NCBI GenBank assembly: GCA_964417685.1
Contig: CAYQIT010000002.1
Span: 87,482-151,481 of the forward strand
Source of the DNA: an uncultured Gammaproteobacteria bacterium
Lineage (GTDB): Bacteria; Pseudomonadota; Gammaproteobacteria; Magnimaribacterales; D2472
DNA length: 64,000 nucleotides
Direction of reading: 5' to 3'
Shown here piece by piece: positions 21,643 through 32,573 of the stretch; the first letter of the stretch is position 1; the number at the start of each line of letters is the position of its first letter. The notes under the pieces were generated by a model. The model worked only from the letters and a program-made list of their open reading frames with translations, had not been told where the DNA came from and searched no databases. The position numbers and the translations under genes were made by a program.

Positions 21643-21717
21643 TGGCTGGGGTGGTAGGATTCGAACCTACGCATGACGGGATCAAAACCCGTTGCCTTAC
21701 CGCTTGGCTACACCCCA
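21643..21717 (-). tRNA. tRNA-Gln (anticodon TTG)
   Basis: The reverse complement reads TGGGGTGTAGCCAAGCGGTAAGGCAACGGGTTTTGATCCCGTCATGCGTAGGTTCGAATCCTACCACCCCAGCCA. The anticodon loop TTTTGAT gives TTG. It resembles E. coli tRNA-Gln. It lies between ispE and prs, as in Pseudomonas. Confidence 0.9.
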
Positions 21718-22523
21718 AAACTATTAAATTCCTTTGAAATGGGCGTATATTGTAATGGTTTAGTCAAAAAGAATCTCCATCTTGGAGGAATTATTTTTAA
21801 AATTTTTTCTAATTCCTCAACGTTCTTATACTTAATAAACATACAAGAGCCACTTCCTGAAAGGCAAATTTCAACATCATTAATATTATTGATGTAAAAA
21901 TCATTAATCTCAGGAAATATGTCTCTGTAAACACCCCAAAATGAATTCTGAGAATTATCTTCAAGTTCGTTATTGGTAGAATCATCAAATTTTTTGTACA
22001 TATAAGCTGATGAACAATGAATTTTTGGATAAATAAGAATTACTTTTTCATCAATTGACTCTTTTTCTTCTATCTTTTCACCAATACCGCCGACATACGC
22101 ATTTTTACCATTAATAAAAAATGGTACATCTGAGCCTAATTTTTGGCCTAATTTCAATAACTCACTTTTTTTTAAATTCAAATCCCAAATTTTATTAAGA
22201 GCAATCAATGTTGAGGCTGCATTAGAACTTCCTCCTCCAAGGCCTGCTCCCAAAGGAATTTTTTTATCAAGTTCTATTTGTATTGAATTATTTTGATTAG
22301 TAAATAAGTTTAAAGAATGTGCTGCTTTAAAAATAATATTTTCTTCAAGCTTTATATCTTCATTTGAATTTAAGCATATTCCATTTGAGTTTGGATAGAA
22401 TCTAATAACATCACAAAGATCAATAATTTGAAATGCTGATTCAATTTCATGATATCCATTATCAAGTTTAGAAATAATATTTAAATATAGATTAATCTTG
22501 GCTGGCGATTTAACTTCAATCAT
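21708..22523 (-). CDS. ispE: 4-diphosphocytidyl-2-C-methyl-D-erythritol kinase
   Basis: 271 aa with N-terminal PAKINLYL, GHMP-kinase loop GAGLGGGSSNAAS and C-terminal SGSGSCMF. The last 3 codons, including the stop, overlap the 5' end of tRNA-Gln. Confidence 0.9.
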   Translation of the reverse strand: MIEVKSPAKINLYLNIISKLDNGYHEIESAFQIIDLCDVIRFYPNSNGICLNSNEDIKLEENIIFKAAHSLNLFTNQNNSIQIELDKKIPLGAGLGGGSSNAASTLIALNKIWDLNLKKSELLKLGQKLGSDVPFFINGKNAYVGGIGEKIEEKESIDEKVILIYPKIHCSSAYMYKKFDDSTNNELEDNSQNSFWGVYRDIFPEINDFYINNINDVEICLSGSGSCMFIKYKNVEELEKILKIIPPRWRFFLTKPLQYTPISKEFNSFGV

Positions 22524-22525
22524 TT

Positions 22526-23014
22526 TTAATAAACAAAACCTGATAATTCAAAATTACTACTTTTAAGTTCAAAATAAATTTTTGACTTTGTATTACTGCA
22601 TACTAATCTATAACTATTTTCTTTTAAGAATAAATATTTACCATTTTTATCTATTTTTTCTCTTTGTAAACAACCCTTAAACCAGGAATAAAGTTTTCTA
22701 CTTTCCAGAGCGGATAGCTCAAGATCAATCGTTAGCTGCTTTGAAGACTCTATTCTTCCATTTTGATAAATACTTAAATTGGCTACATTGCCAAAAAATG
22801 GCCTACTAACCTGTATAATTAACTTTTTATGTTTTTCAGTTATTTGGGCATTAAATGCAGAACTTGTTTCTGTTGTAGTAAAAGAGAATTTACCTTTATA
22901 AGTAAGATCTTCTTTGACAATAGGCTGGTTAGCAATACATGAACTCAGCATAAATAAAACAAGCAATATATTAAAAACTTTAATTTTATAAATGGAATTA
23001 CAACTATTTGGCAT
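22526..23014 (-). CDS. lolB: Probable outer-membrane lipoprotein LolB (assigned by position and lipobox)
   Basis: 162 aa with a lipoprotein signal ending in lipobox LSSC. It occupies the lolB slot between ispE and divergent hemA. Family membership has not been verified by sequence search. Confidence 0.5.
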   Translation of the reverse strand: MPNSCNSIYKIKVFNILLVLFMLSSCIANQPIVKEDLTYKGKFSFTTTETSSAFNAQITEKHKKLIIQVSRPFFGNVANLSIYQNGRIESSKQLTIDLELSALESRKLYSWFKGCLQREKIDKNGKYLFLKENSYRLVCSNTKSKIYFELKSSNFELSGFVY

Positions 23015-24224
23015 AAATCACAGAACCTCTAATGTTTCTGAAAGAGAAAGATTTATTATAAATGAGTCTAACCAACATTTATTAAATAGCTTAATAAAAG
23101 AGAGATTTGAAGGCCAAATTACCTCAATTTTTGGCTTATCAACCTGCAACAGGAGTGAGCTATATCTTTTTGGAGATATGGATATAGTAAATAGCTTTTT
23201 TGAGGAATCTAGTAAATTGCTGGATTTAGATAATATAAGCAAGAGCCAGTTTTACTTTCTTCAAGGTGAGGATGCTTTTGTGCATATGTGTAAAGTAGCT
23301 TCAGGTCTTGATTCACAAGTTCTTGGTGAGCAAGAAATATTTGGTCAGTATAAAAATGCCATACAAATTTCAAAGAAAATTGGTGTCATGGGATTTGAAC
23401 TAATTAAATATACAGATAAAGCCGTAGAAATAGTAAGGAAAGTTAGAACTTATACCAAAATAGGAGTCAATCCTTTATCTATAAGTGGTCTTTCACTCAA
23501 GCTTATTAAAAATATATTTGAAAATCCGTCAGAACAAAAAATTCTTGTCCTTGGTGCTGGGTCCCTTGCGCAAGACGTTATCAAAAATCTTTATAACAAA
23601 GGCATAAAAAATATTAAATCAGTTAATAGAAGTGTTAAAGAGATAAATATTTCTGATTCCTATAAAATTCTTTCTTCTCCATTATCAAATCTTCATTCAT
23701 CACTTGAAGATGTCGATATAGTAATTGCTTCTTCTGCAACTGAACTTCCAATAATAGGAAAGGGTGCAATCGAGAACTCTCTATCAAAAAGAGGCGCCAA
23801 ACCGCTGCTATTAATTGACCTGGCAGTACCTAGAAATATTGAAGAAGAGGTTAAAGATATTGAAAGAGTTTACTTATATAGTATTGATGATATTGAAAAA
23901 ATTACTCAAGATAATCTTGGTCAAAGAAAAATAGAAGCTGAAAAAGCTCTAAATATGATTGTTCGAGAGACTCAAGCTGTTATGCTCGAATTAAAAGATG
24001 TAAGCTTTAAATCCTCTCTAAATAGAGAAATTATTAACTTACTAGATAGTTTGTCTGATGAGGAATTGGCATCTTTCCAAATAGAAAATAATCACAAAGA
24101 TCTAATAATAAATATTCTAAAAAATAATGCTTTCTACAATGATTCACTTGAATCAATTAAGAAAATTAATCTTGTTGATAGGCATATTGTTAATTCCATG
24201 GTGAAGAGGTATTTCGATGCATGA
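22992..24224 (+). CDS. hemA: Glutamyl-tRNA reductase
   Basis: 410 aa. N-terminus is LFGINHRTSNVSERERF, with catalytic Cys context LSTCNRSELY and NADPH site VLGAGSLAQ. Conserved hemA-prfA-prmC order. Confidence 0.9.
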   Translation: MELQLFGINHRTSNVSERERFIINESNQHLLNSLIKERFEGQITSIFGLSTCNRSELYLFGDMDIVNSFFEESSKLLDLDNISKSQFYFLQGEDAFVHMCKVASGLDSQVLGEQEIFGQYKNAIQISKKIGVMGFELIKYTDKAVEIVRKVRTYTKIGVNPLSISGLSLKLIKNIFENPSEQKILVLGAGSLAQDVIKNLYNKGIKNIKSVNRSVKEINISDSYKILSSPLSNLHSSLEDVDIVIASSATELPIIGKGAIENSLSKRGAKPLLLIDLAVPRNIEEEVKDIERVYLYSIDDIEKITQDNLGQRKIEAEKALNMIVRETQAVMLELKDVSFKSSLNREIINLLDSLSDEELASFQIENNHKDLIINILKNNAFYNDSLESIKKINLVDRHIVNSMVKRYFDA

Positions 24225-25302
24225 ATCTATGATTGTCAAATTAGACAAACTTCAGGATAGATTAATTGAGATTCAAGAAATGCTTGCTACACCTGAGGTG
24301 GTTAATGATATTGAAAACTATACTGCATTAAATAAAGAGTTTTCTGAAATCAGCCCCATTGTCACTAAGTATGAAGAATACATTCAATTAGATGAAACGT
24401 TAAAAGAGGCTAGAGAGCTACTAAGCTCAGATGATAAAGATATGGTCGAGCTTGCTGAAGAAGAAATCGCAGCCGCTGCAAATAAACCAGAGCTTATTGA
24501 GCAAGATTTAAAATTGATGTTATTGCCAAAAGATACCGCAGATGACGGATCTGCATTCTTAGAAATTAGAGCTGGAGCTGGTGGTGACGAAGCTGCTATT
24601 TTTGCAGGTGATCTTTATAGAATGTATTCTCGTTTATCAGAAAGAGAGGGTTGGGCTCTTGAAGAAATTAATATTAGGGTGGCAGAGCAAGGAGGACTAA
24701 AAGAAGTTATTGCAAAGCTCGAGGGGAAAGGAGTCTTTAAAGTATTAAAATTTGAATCAGGAGTGCATAGAGTTCAAAGAGTGCCTGAGACAGAATCACA
24801 AGGAAGAGTTCATACTTCAACATGCACAGTTGCTATATTGCCTGAGGTAGAAGAGGTGCAAGATATTCACATTGATAAAAATGACTTACGGGTTGATACC
24901 TTCAGAGCATCTGGAGCTGGAGGGCAACATGTAAATAAAACAGACTCTGCTGTGAGATTAACACATATTCCAACTGGGCTGGTTGTTGAATGTCAGGATG
25001 GAAGATCTCAACATAAAAACAAGGAAAAGGCACTATCATTGCTTGCTGCAAAATTAAAACAACAAGAAATTGATTCACAGCAAGAAAGCATAGCCAGTGA
25101 GAGAAAAATACTTGTTGGGACAGGAGATCGTAGTGAAAAAATCAGGACATACAATTTCCCTCAAGGTCGCATGACCGATCATAGAATAAAATTAACACAG
25201 CACAATCTAGATCAGATTATGGATGGTGACATAAAGTCCATTTGCGATGCTTTGTTAGCAGAAAATCAGCTTGCTATGCTTTCTAAACTTGAAGAAGAAT
25301 AA
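24217..25302 (+). CDS. prfA: Peptide chain release factor 1
   Basis: 361 aa with GGQ motif SGAGGQHVNKTDSAVR and codon-recognition tripeptide PET (the PxT class). Confidence 0.96.
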   Translation: MHESMIVKLDKLQDRLIEIQEMLATPEVVNDIENYTALNKEFSEISPIVTKYEEYIQLDETLKEARELLSSDDKDMVELAEEEIAAAANKPELIEQDLKLMLLPKDTADDGSAFLEIRAGAGGDEAAIFAGDLYRMYSRLSEREGWALEEINIRVAEQGGLKEVIAKLEGKGVFKVLKFESGVHRVQRVPETESQGRVHTSTCTVAILPEVEEVQDIHIDKNDLRVDTFRASGAGGQHVNKTDSAVRLTHIPTGLVVECQDGRSQHKNKEKALSLLAAKLKQQEIDSQQESIASERKILVGTGDRSEKIRTYNFPQGRMTDHRIKLTQHNLDQIMDGDIKSICDALLAENQLAMLSKLEEE

Positions 25303-26130
25303 TTGTATATAAACCTTAAGAGCTTAAAAGAAGATGTATCTAAGAGACTGCGTGGGTCTGATGATGCTTTTAATGGATTAATGCATTTCCTTAAATATAA
25401 ACTTAATCTTGATACAAGAAAGTTATATATGAATGAGAGCGTTCCAGTAGATAATTTTGTACTCAATCAAATAGAAAGCTTTTTTAAATTAAAAAAAGAT
25501 AATATTCCAAATGACTATATTATTGGATCCTCTTCATTTTATGGTAGAGAGTTCTTTGTAGATAATAGAGTTCTAATACCAAGGCCTGAGACTGAGCTCA
25601 TGGTAAATTATTTTATTGAAGAAAATATTTTTGGTAACAAAGTGATTCTTGATGCGGGAACTGGCTCAGGTTGTATTGGTATTTCTTTGGCTTACATAGA
25701 TAATAATTTTGATATTTTCATATCAGATAAATTCATGGACCCTTTATCTGTAGCAGTTAGCAATATCAAAAAGCATAAGTGTCACAATATCACTCCAATT
25801 CAGATGAGTTGGGGATCAGCAATAAAAGAAAACTCCGTTGATTACATTGTTTGTAATCCGCCATATATTAAAAAGCATGATCCTCATCTAAATGATTTAA
25901 AACACGAGCCAATTACCGCACTCATTGCAGAAAAAAATGGACTCAATGACATAGACTTAATCTGCAAAGATGCTTATCTTATTTTAAAAGATGGGGGCAA
26001 GATAGTTATGGAGCATGGATATGATCAAGCCGATGAAGTAAACAACATATTCTGCAATAACTTACTTAAACCTGAAAATACTATAACTGACTACCATGGT
26101 CACGTAAGAATAAGTATTGCTTCAAAATAA
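25303..26130 (+). CDS. prmC: Release-factor glutamine N5-methyltransferase (HemK)
   Basis: 275 aa with a TTG start directly after the prfA stop. SAM motif DAGTGSGCIG and catalytic NPPY (VCNPPYI). Confidence 0.88.
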   Translation: MYINLKSLKEDVSKRLRGSDDAFNGLMHFLKYKLNLDTRKLYMNESVPVDNFVLNQIESFFKLKKDNIPNDYIIGSSSFYGREFFVDNRVLIPRPETELMVNYFIEENIFGNKVILDAGTGSGCIGISLAYIDNNFDIFISDKFMDPLSVAVSNIKKHKCHNITPIQMSWGSAIKENSVDYIVCNPPYIKKHDPHLNDLKHEPITALIAEKNGLNDIDLICKDAYLILKDGGKIVMEHGYDQADEVNNIFCNNLLKPENTITDYHGHVRISIASK

Positions 26131-26205
26131 TTGCTCTTTATCTTTTTCCTTATCTATCTATACTATATGAATATATATATTTCATAATTTCATAGAGGGG
26201 GAAAC

Positions 26206-27819
26206 ATGAAAGGTAATATGCAATCCTGGGGACCAAATGTAGCTCAAATCATTGAGCATGCTAAAGTAAATTCACCAAAAGTTGAGGTTGTTTCAAGACT
26301 TATATCTGGAGAAGTTCACAAAACAAACTATGCTGAGGTATGTATTAGATCAAGAAAGCTTGGCTCATCTTTGCTAAAAAAGGGTTATAAAGAAGGAGAT
26401 GTTCTTGCAACACTGGCCCTAAATTCATATAGACACCTTGAAGCATACTTTGGTGTATCAGGTATTGGTGCAGTAATGCATACATTAAATTTTAGACTTC
26501 ATCCTGAGCAGCTTGTATACGTAATCAATCATGCAGAGGATAAGATTATATTTGTGGAGTCACCTTTTATTCCTTTATTGGAAGCTATAAAGGATCAAAT
26601 ATCTAATGTTAAAGAATTTGTAGTTTTATGTGATAAAGATGAAGTTCCAAGTAGCTCACTTGAGAATGTAATCTCTTATGAGGAATTTATCGAAGATGGT
26701 GATGAAAATTTTATATGGCCGCAGATTGATGAAGATGCTGCTTGTGGATTATGTTATACCTCTGGCACAACTGGAAATCCAAAAGGCGTCTTATATTCTC
26801 ATAAATCTAATACACTGCATGCGCTTACTGCAATATCATCTTTAGATGTAAATTCTAGCGATGTAATCTTGATGGTTGTTCCAATGTTTCACGTAAATGC
26901 ATGGAGCATACCTTTCTATGCACCACTTGTAGGATTAAAGATTGTAATGCCTGGAATGCAAATGGAAGGAAAGCCATTATATGATTTAATCGATTCAGAA
27001 AATGTAACATTTGCTTTTGGAGTTCCTACAGTTTGGATGGGTTTACTGGGTTACTGTAAGTCTGAAAATTTATTACTCAAATCAATCAAAAAGACTGTTA
27101 TAGGTGGTTCAGCTTTATCATTATCTTTGCTTAAAGACCTTCATGAAACTCATGATATTGATGTAATTCAAGGCTGGGGTATGACAGAGACTAGCCCATT
27201 AGGCACCACAAACCTAGTAACACCTGAAATGAAATCAATGCCAAAAGAAGAAATGTATAACCTGCAATTAAAGCAGGGAAGAGCATGTTATGGCGTAGAG
27301 TTGAAAATTGTTGATGATTCAGGAAATGACCTTCCTCATGATGGGGAGTCTCAAGGGCATCTATTAATACGTGGACCATGGGTTGTTAAAAGGTATTTTA
27401 AAGCTGAAAAAGATGCCATAGATGCAAACGGATGGTTTGATACCGGAGATATTTCAACTATTGATGAAGATGGTTATATGACAATAGTTGATAGAGCAAA
27501 AGATGTTATTAAAACTGGTGGCGAATGGATTAGCTCCATTGACCTAGAAAATGCTGCTGTTAGCCATCCAGATGTTGCAGAGGCTTGTGTGGTCGGATTG
27601 CCTCATCCTAAGTGGGATGAAAGACCTCTTATGGTAATAGTTACAAATGGAAATTCTTTAACTAAAGATGATGTTATTGATTTCCTAACAGACAAAGTTG
27701 CTAAATGGTGGTTGCCTGATGAGGTTGTATTTGTAGATGAGCTTCCGCATGGAGCTACCGGAAAGCTATTAAAATATGAATTAAGAGATAAGTACGAAAA
27801 TCTATATATGGAGAATTAA
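26206..27819 (+). CDS. AMP-dependent acyl-CoA synthetase (fatty-acid--CoA ligase family)
   Basis: 537 aa with AMP-binding signature [18 protein letters not shown] and the C-terminal GKLLK lysine. Strong SD GAGGGGGA. Substrate chain length cannot be read from the sequence. Confidence 0.85.
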   Translation: MKGNMQSWGPNVAQIIEHAKVNSPKVEVVSRLISGEVHKTNYAEVCIRSRKLGSSLLKKGYKEGDVLATLALNSYRHLEAYFGVSGIGAVMHTLNFRLHPEQLVYVINHAEDKIIFVESPFIPLLEAIKDQISNVKEFVVLCDKDEVPSSSLENVISYEEFIEDGDENFIWPQIDEDAACGLCYTSGTTGNPKGVLYSHKSNTLHALTAISSLDVNSSDVILMVVPMFHVNAWSIPFYAPLVGLKIVMPGMQMEGKPLYDLIDSENVTFAFGVPTVWMGLLGYCKSENLLLKSIKKTVIGGSALSLSLLKDLHETHDIDVIQGWGMTETSPLGTTNLVTPEMKSMPKEEMYNLQLKQGRACYGVELKIVDDSGNDLPHDGESQGHLLIRGPWVVKRYFKAEKDAIDANGWFDTGDISTIDEDGYMTIVDRAKDVIKTGGEWISSIDLENAAVSHPDVAEACVVGLPHPKWDERPLMVIVTNGNSLTKDDVIDFLTDKVAKWWLPDEVVFVDELPHGATGKLLKYELRDKYENLYMEN

Positions 27820-27820
27820 T

Positions 27821-28282
27821 ATGTTAAAAGTAGTCAAACCTTCAGAAATTGAATCTGTAATTGGAACTGAAACGGGTTTATCAGATTGGATCAAAATTGA
27901 TCAAGAGCAAATTAATAAATTTGCTGAAGCTACTCTCGATAATCAGTTTATTCACGTCGATCCTGAACAAGCAAACCCAATATTTGGGTCTACTATTGCA
28001 CATGGCTTTTTATCACTTTCATTATGTGCTGGAATTCCATTTTCTCAAGGAATGGGTTTAGTAATTGAAGGAATGAAGATGGGTTTAAACTATGGTTTAG
28101 ATAAAGTTAGATTCTTAAGCCCAGTTCCTGTTGATTCTGAGGTAAGAATAAGAATGGAATGTTTGGATATTACTGAAAAAAACCCAGGACAGTTTTTAGC
28201 AAAAACAAAAGTTACTATGGAAATTAAAGGAGTTGAAAAGCCAGCCTATATTGCAGAAACCCTTTCTATGTACGTGCTCTAA
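27821..28282 (+). CDS. MaoC-like (R)-specific enoyl-CoA hydratase/dehydratase (hot-dog fold)
   Basis: 153 aa with hydratase-2-like motif DNQFIHVDPEQA...IAHGFL. Starts 1 nt after the acyl-CoA ligase stop. Confidence 0.8.
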   Translation: MLKVVKPSEIESVIGTETGLSDWIKIDQEQINKFAEATLDNQFIHVDPEQANPIFGSTIAHGFLSLSLCAGIPFSQGMGLVIEGMKMGLNYGLDKVRFLSPVPVDSEVRIRMECLDITEKNPGQFLAKTKVTMEIKGVEKPAYIAETLSMYVL

Positions 28283-28289
28283 AAAGGTT

Positions 28290-29717
28290 TCAGCTTAATA
28301 GCTTCTTAAGAATTTCATTGACACTCTTAGGGTTAGCTTTGCCTTGGGTTTCTTTCATAACCTGCCCAACAAAGAAACCAAATAACTTGTCCTTACCGCC
28401 TTTATAGGCCGCAACCTGATTTGGGTTATTATCAATAATACTTTGAGCAATTTTTACAAGAACTGTTTCATCTTGAATTTGAACGAGGCCCTTGCTCTTA
28501 ATAATAGTATCAACATCATCACCTGAGCCCCAAATTTCTTCTAATACAGATTTAGCAATTTTTCCTGATATCGTATTATCTGTGATCCTTTCTATTAATT
28601 TTGCAAAGTTGGAGGAAGAGAGATTTGATTCATCAATATCAATATTATCTTTATTAAGCAATGCACTTACATCACCAACCAGCCATTTAGCAACTAATTT
28701 AGAATCGTTAGTTTTTTCACAAGCCTCTTCAAATATATTAGCCATTGTTTTTGATGCAGCAATAATTCTTGCCTCAGACTCATCTAGATTGATTTGAGAT
28801 ATATACCTTTTAATTTTTTGTTCAGGAAGCTCCGACAAGTTGCTTTTTATTTCATTAAGCTCATCATCTGATATAACAACTGGCAAAAGGTCTGGACATG
28901 GGAAATATCTATAGTCATTTGCTTCTTCTTTAGATCTCATAGATCTAGTTTCATTTTTTACACTGTCATATAACCTTGTTTCTTGAACAACAGAATTTCC
29001 AGCTTCTATTAGTTTAATTTGTCTTGCAATCTCGTGGTTTATAGCTTTTTCAATAAACTTAAATGAATTGATGTTTTTTATTTCAGCCCTGGTACCAAGT
29101 TCTGTGTCACCTTCTTTTCTTACAGAGACATTTACATCACATCTCATGGATCCCTGTGCCATATTTCCATCGCATATATCAAGGAAAGTTACGATTTGTC
29201 TTATTGCTTTGAAATATGCTACTGCTTCTTTAGCATTAGATATTTCAGGTTCTGAAACTATTTCAAGAAGGGGTGTGCCCGCTCTATTAAGATCAACCCC
29301 AGTTTCTCCTTCAAAAAGATCATGAATCGATTTGCCTGCATCTTCTTCAAGGTGAGCCCTTGTAATGTTGATAATTTTTTCACCATCTTCAGTTTCTATT
29401 TTTATTGTACCTTTACCAACAATAGGCATTGCCATCTGGGTAATCTGATATCCTTTAGGTAAATCAGGATAAAAATAATTTTTTCTATCAAATGATGAGG
29501 TTTGATTAATTTCTGCATTTGTAGCGAGACCAAATCTAATAGCTTTATGGAATGCATCTCTGTTAGCAACAGGCAATACACCAGGCAAACCCATATCAAT
29601 TAAATCTACGTGCGTATTTGGTTCGGCACCAAAGCCAGTTGAGCCTCCAGAAAAAAGCTTAGACTTTGTAGATAGCTGTACATGTATTTCAAGACCAATC
29701 ACAGTTTCCCAAGTCAT
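28290..29717 (-). CDS. gatB: Asp/Glu-tRNA amidotransferase subunit B
   Basis: 475 aa. N-terminus is [13 protein letters not shown], followed by [16 protein letters not shown]. Part of the gatCAB operon. Confidence 0.96.
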   Translation of the reverse strand: MTWETVIGLEIHVQLSTKSKLFSGGSTGFGAEPNTHVDLIDMGLPGVLPVANRDAFHKAIRFGLATNAEINQTSSFDRKNYFYPDLPKGYQITQMAMPIVGKGTIKIETEDGEKIINITRAHLEEDAGKSIHDLFEGETGVDLNRAGTPLLEIVSEPEISNAKEAVAYFKAIRQIVTFLDICDGNMAQGSMRCDVNVSVRKEGDTELGTRAEIKNINSFKFIEKAINHEIARQIKLIEAGNSVVQETRLYDSVKNETRSMRSKEEANDYRYFPCPDLLPVVISDDELNEIKSNLSELPEQKIKRYISQINLDESEARIIAASKTMANIFEEACEKTNDSKLVAKWLVGDVSALLNKDNIDIDESNLSSSNFAKLIERITDNTISGKIAKSVLEEIWGSGDDVDTIIKSKGLVQIQDETVLVKIAQSIIDNNPNQVAAYKGGKDKLFGFFVGQVMKETQGKANPKSVNEILKKLLS

Positions 29718-31162
29718 GATATGTCCCCAGTTGGTGTTTTTAAATGCCAGTTAGATGACTTTTGGAAGTTATGCGCAACTTGAAGAATTTTTTGCTCATC
29801 CAAATAATTACCTATTAGTTGCAAGCCAATAGGTTTTGATTCAATCATTCCATTGGGTATAGATAGGGCTGGCAAGCCTGCTAAATTTGCAGGAATTGTA
29901 AACAAATCCTCAAGGTACATTTGAATTGGATCACTGCCTTTTGACCCAGCCTCAAATGCAGCGCCTCTAGTTGTTGGTGACATAATCACATCAACTTGTT
30001 TAAAGGCACTATCAAAGTCATTTTTGATAAGTCTTCGCACTTGTTGGGCTTTTTTATAATAGGCGTCATAAAAACCAGCTGATAAAACATATGAACCAAT
30101 CAGGATTCTTCGTTTGACCTCATCTCCAAAACCTTCAGATCTTGTATGAATATACAACTCTTCTAAGTTTGATGCTAACTGTGATCTTTTCCCAAACTTA
30201 ACTCCATCAAATCTTGATAAATTTGATGAGCATTCTGCTGGAGCAACAACATAATATGTTGGAACAGATAAAGATATATTAGGTAAAGATACCTCAACAA
30301 ATTCAGCCCCCATGGATTCGTATTGCTTAATAGATTCTTCAAAAACCTTAACAACATCTTTATCTAATTTTGATAAATCAAATTCTTTTACAATTCCGAT
30401 TTTGGTCCCTTTTATAGAATCGTTAATAGTGGAGGTAAAGTCAGGGATATTTTCATCTAATGAAGTTGTATCCTTTGGGTCATGTGAACACATGTGATTA
30501 AGCATTATTGCGCAATCTTCAGCAGTTCTTGCCATTGGTCCAGCTTGATCAAGGCTTGAAGCAAAAGCAATCATCCCCCATCTTGATATTCTTCCATAGG
30601 TTGGCTTTAAACCAGAAATACCGCATAAAGAAGCCGGTTGCCTGATAGAGCCACCAGTATCAGTACCTGTCGCTGCAGGAACAATACCAGCAGCAACTGC
30701 AGCAGCAGATCCTCCTGAACTTCCTCCCGGAACTAAGTTATGGCCCCATGGATTTAGTACATTACCAAAGTAACTAGTTTCATTTGAAGATCCCATAGCA
30801 AATTCGTCCATATTCGTTTTACCAACAGAAATACAGCCTGCTTTTTCAAGGTTTTCTATTACTGTTGCAGAATAAGGAGGGATAAAATTTGATAACATAT
30901 TTGACCCGCAAGTTGTTCTTAAATCTTTAGTGCAAAATAGATCTTTTTGAGCAATTGGGATTCCATTTAATAAAGAATGAGATTCTTTGTTTATGTTTTC
31001 TGCTTTTAAAATTGCATTTTCTTTATTTAAAGTAACAAAGGAATTTAAATTTTTATTTTCTTCAATCAAAGAAAATGTTTCTTGAATTATCTCAGGATGA
31101 GAAATATCGTTATTTTTAAGCATTTCGCTTAATTCTTTGATAGTTTTATAACGAATACTCAT
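29714..31162 (-). CDS. gatA: Asp/Glu-tRNA amidotransferase subunit A
   Basis: 482 aa with the amidase signature [14 protein letters not shown]. Confidence 0.96.
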   Translation of the reverse strand: MSIRYKTIKELSEMLKNNDISHPEIIQETFSLIEENKNLNSFVTLNKENAILKAENINKESHSLLNGIPIAQKDLFCTKDLRTTCGSNMLSNFIPPYSATVIENLEKAGCISVGKTNMDEFAMGSSNETSYFGNVLNPWGHNLVPGGSSGGSAAAVAAGIVPAATGTDTGGSIRQPASLCGISGLKPTYGRISRWGMIAFASSLDQAGPMARTAEDCAIMLNHMCSHDPKDTTSLDENIPDFTSTINDSIKGTKIGIVKEFDLSKLDKDVVKVFEESIKQYESMGAEFVEVSLPNISLSVPTYYVVAPAECSSNLSRFDGVKFGKRSQLASNLEELYIHTRSEGFGDEVKRRILIGSYVLSAGFYDAYYKKAQQVRRLIKNDFDSAFKQVDVIMSPTTRGAAFEAGSKGSDPIQMYLEDLFTIPANLAGLPALSIPNGMIESKPIGLQLIGNYLDEQKILQVAHNFQKSSNWHLKTPTGDIS

Positions 31163-31440
31163 TCTACAACTCTTGGCACTAGGAAATAGTCTTCATTTGA
31201 TTTTGGTGCTCTTTCTAAAAATTCTTCTTTTCTGTTTTCAGCCGTAACAGCATCAGCCCTAGTTTTGGCTACTTTTTCAAGGGGGCTGGTTAATGGTTCT
31301 ATATCATTAACATTAGCATCATTAAGTTGATCAACAAATTTGATTATATTTTCAAGATCTGAGGTGATTTTATCTTGATTATCTTCGTCTAATTTTAATC
31401 TTGATAGGTAAGATATAGTTGAAACTGTTTTCTTGTCCAT
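31159..31440 (-). CDS. gatC: Asp/Glu-tRNA amidotransferase subunit C
   Basis: 93 aa with a GatC-like sequence (ISYLSRLKLDEDNQDKITSDLENIIKFVDQL). Overlaps the gatA start. Confidence 0.88.
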   Translation of the reverse strand: MDKKTVSTISYLSRLKLDEDNQDKITSDLENIIKFVDQLNDANVNDIEPLTSPLEKVAKTRADAVTAENRKEEFLERAPKSNEDYFLVPRVVE

Positions 31441-31519
31441 ATATAGGATATTATATTATTTAGATGCTGAATATTAACTCAACTAGAGTATTATTAACAT
31501 TATTTTTTTAAGGAAAAAC

Positions 31520-32569
31520 GTGGATTTCAATATTTTTAAAACTATAAGAGGGTACTTCTCTAACGATCTTTCTATAGATCTTGGAACTGCTAACACATTA
31601 ATATACACAAAAGATGTTGGAATAGTTTTAAATGAACCTTCTGTAGTTGCGATTAGAGAGTCAAGAGGTCAAAAAACTGTTGTTGCCGTTGGGACAGAAG
31701 CAAAAAAAATGCTTGGAAGAACTCCAGGAAATATAAAAGCTATTCGACCTTTATCTGAGGGTGTTATTGCTGACTTTCAGGTTACTGAGAAAATGTTACA
31801 ACATTTTATTGCAAAGGTTCATGAACAAAGATTTATCAAGCCAAGCCCAAGAGTTTTGGTATGTGTTCCGTGCAGATCAACTCAAGTTGAAAGACGTGCT
31901 ATCAGGGAGTCAGTCTTGGGAGCAGGTGCCAGGGACGTCAAGCTTATTGAAGAGCCAATGGCTGCTGCAATAGGTGCTGGGTTGCCTGTAGAAGAGGCAA
32001 GTGGAAACATGGTTGTAGATATTGGTGGGGGAACATCTGAAATTGCAATCTTATCTTTGAATGGTGTTGTTTATGCTGAATCCGTAAAAATAGGCGGAGA
32101 TAAAATGGACGAGTCTATCACCTCATGGATTAGAAGAAATTACGGGTGTGTTATTGGTGAATCTACATCTGAAAAAATTAAATATACTATTGGTTGCGCA
32201 ACTCCTGAATCCGAAAAAAAAGAAATGTCTATTACAGGAAGAAATTTAGCAGAGGGCATTCCTGAAACATTTACAGTCAATAGCGAGCAAGCCTTTGATG
32301 CAATGAAAGATCCTTTATATGGAATTGTTAGAGCTATAAGAAATGCACTTGAATTATCACCTCCGGAACTTGCAGCTGATATTGCTGAAAGAGGAATTGT
32401 TTTGACAGGTGGCGGCGCTTTAATGAGAGATTTAGATAAGCTTATCTCAAATTCAACTGGGATACCTGTGATAGTTGCTGAAGATCCGCTAACCTGTGTT
32501 GCCAGGGGGGGAGGTCAGGCTCTAGAAATAATGGATAAATATAATATAGATCTTCTTTCATCAGAATAA
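31520..32569 (+). CDS. mreB: Rod-shape-determining actin homolog MreB
   Basis: 349 aa with a GTG start after AAGGA. Contains [17 protein letters not shown] and [13 protein letters not shown]. Confidence 0.96.
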   Translation: MDFNIFKTIRGYFSNDLSIDLGTANTLIYTKDVGIVLNEPSVVAIRESRGQKTVVAVGTEAKKMLGRTPGNIKAIRPLSEGVIADFQVTEKMLQHFIAKVHEQRFIKPSPRVLVCVPCRSTQVERRAIRESVLGAGARDVKLIEEPMAAAIGAGLPVEEASGNMVVDIGGGTSEIAILSLNGVVYAESVKIGGDKMDESITSWIRRNYGCVIGESTSEKIKYTIGCATPESEKKEMSITGRNLAEGIPETFTVNSEQAFDAMKDPLYGIVRAIRNALELSPPELAADIAERGIVLTGGGALMRDLDKLISNSTGIPVIVAEDPLTCVARGGGQALEIMDKYNIDLLSSE

Positions 32570-32573
32570 TTAG

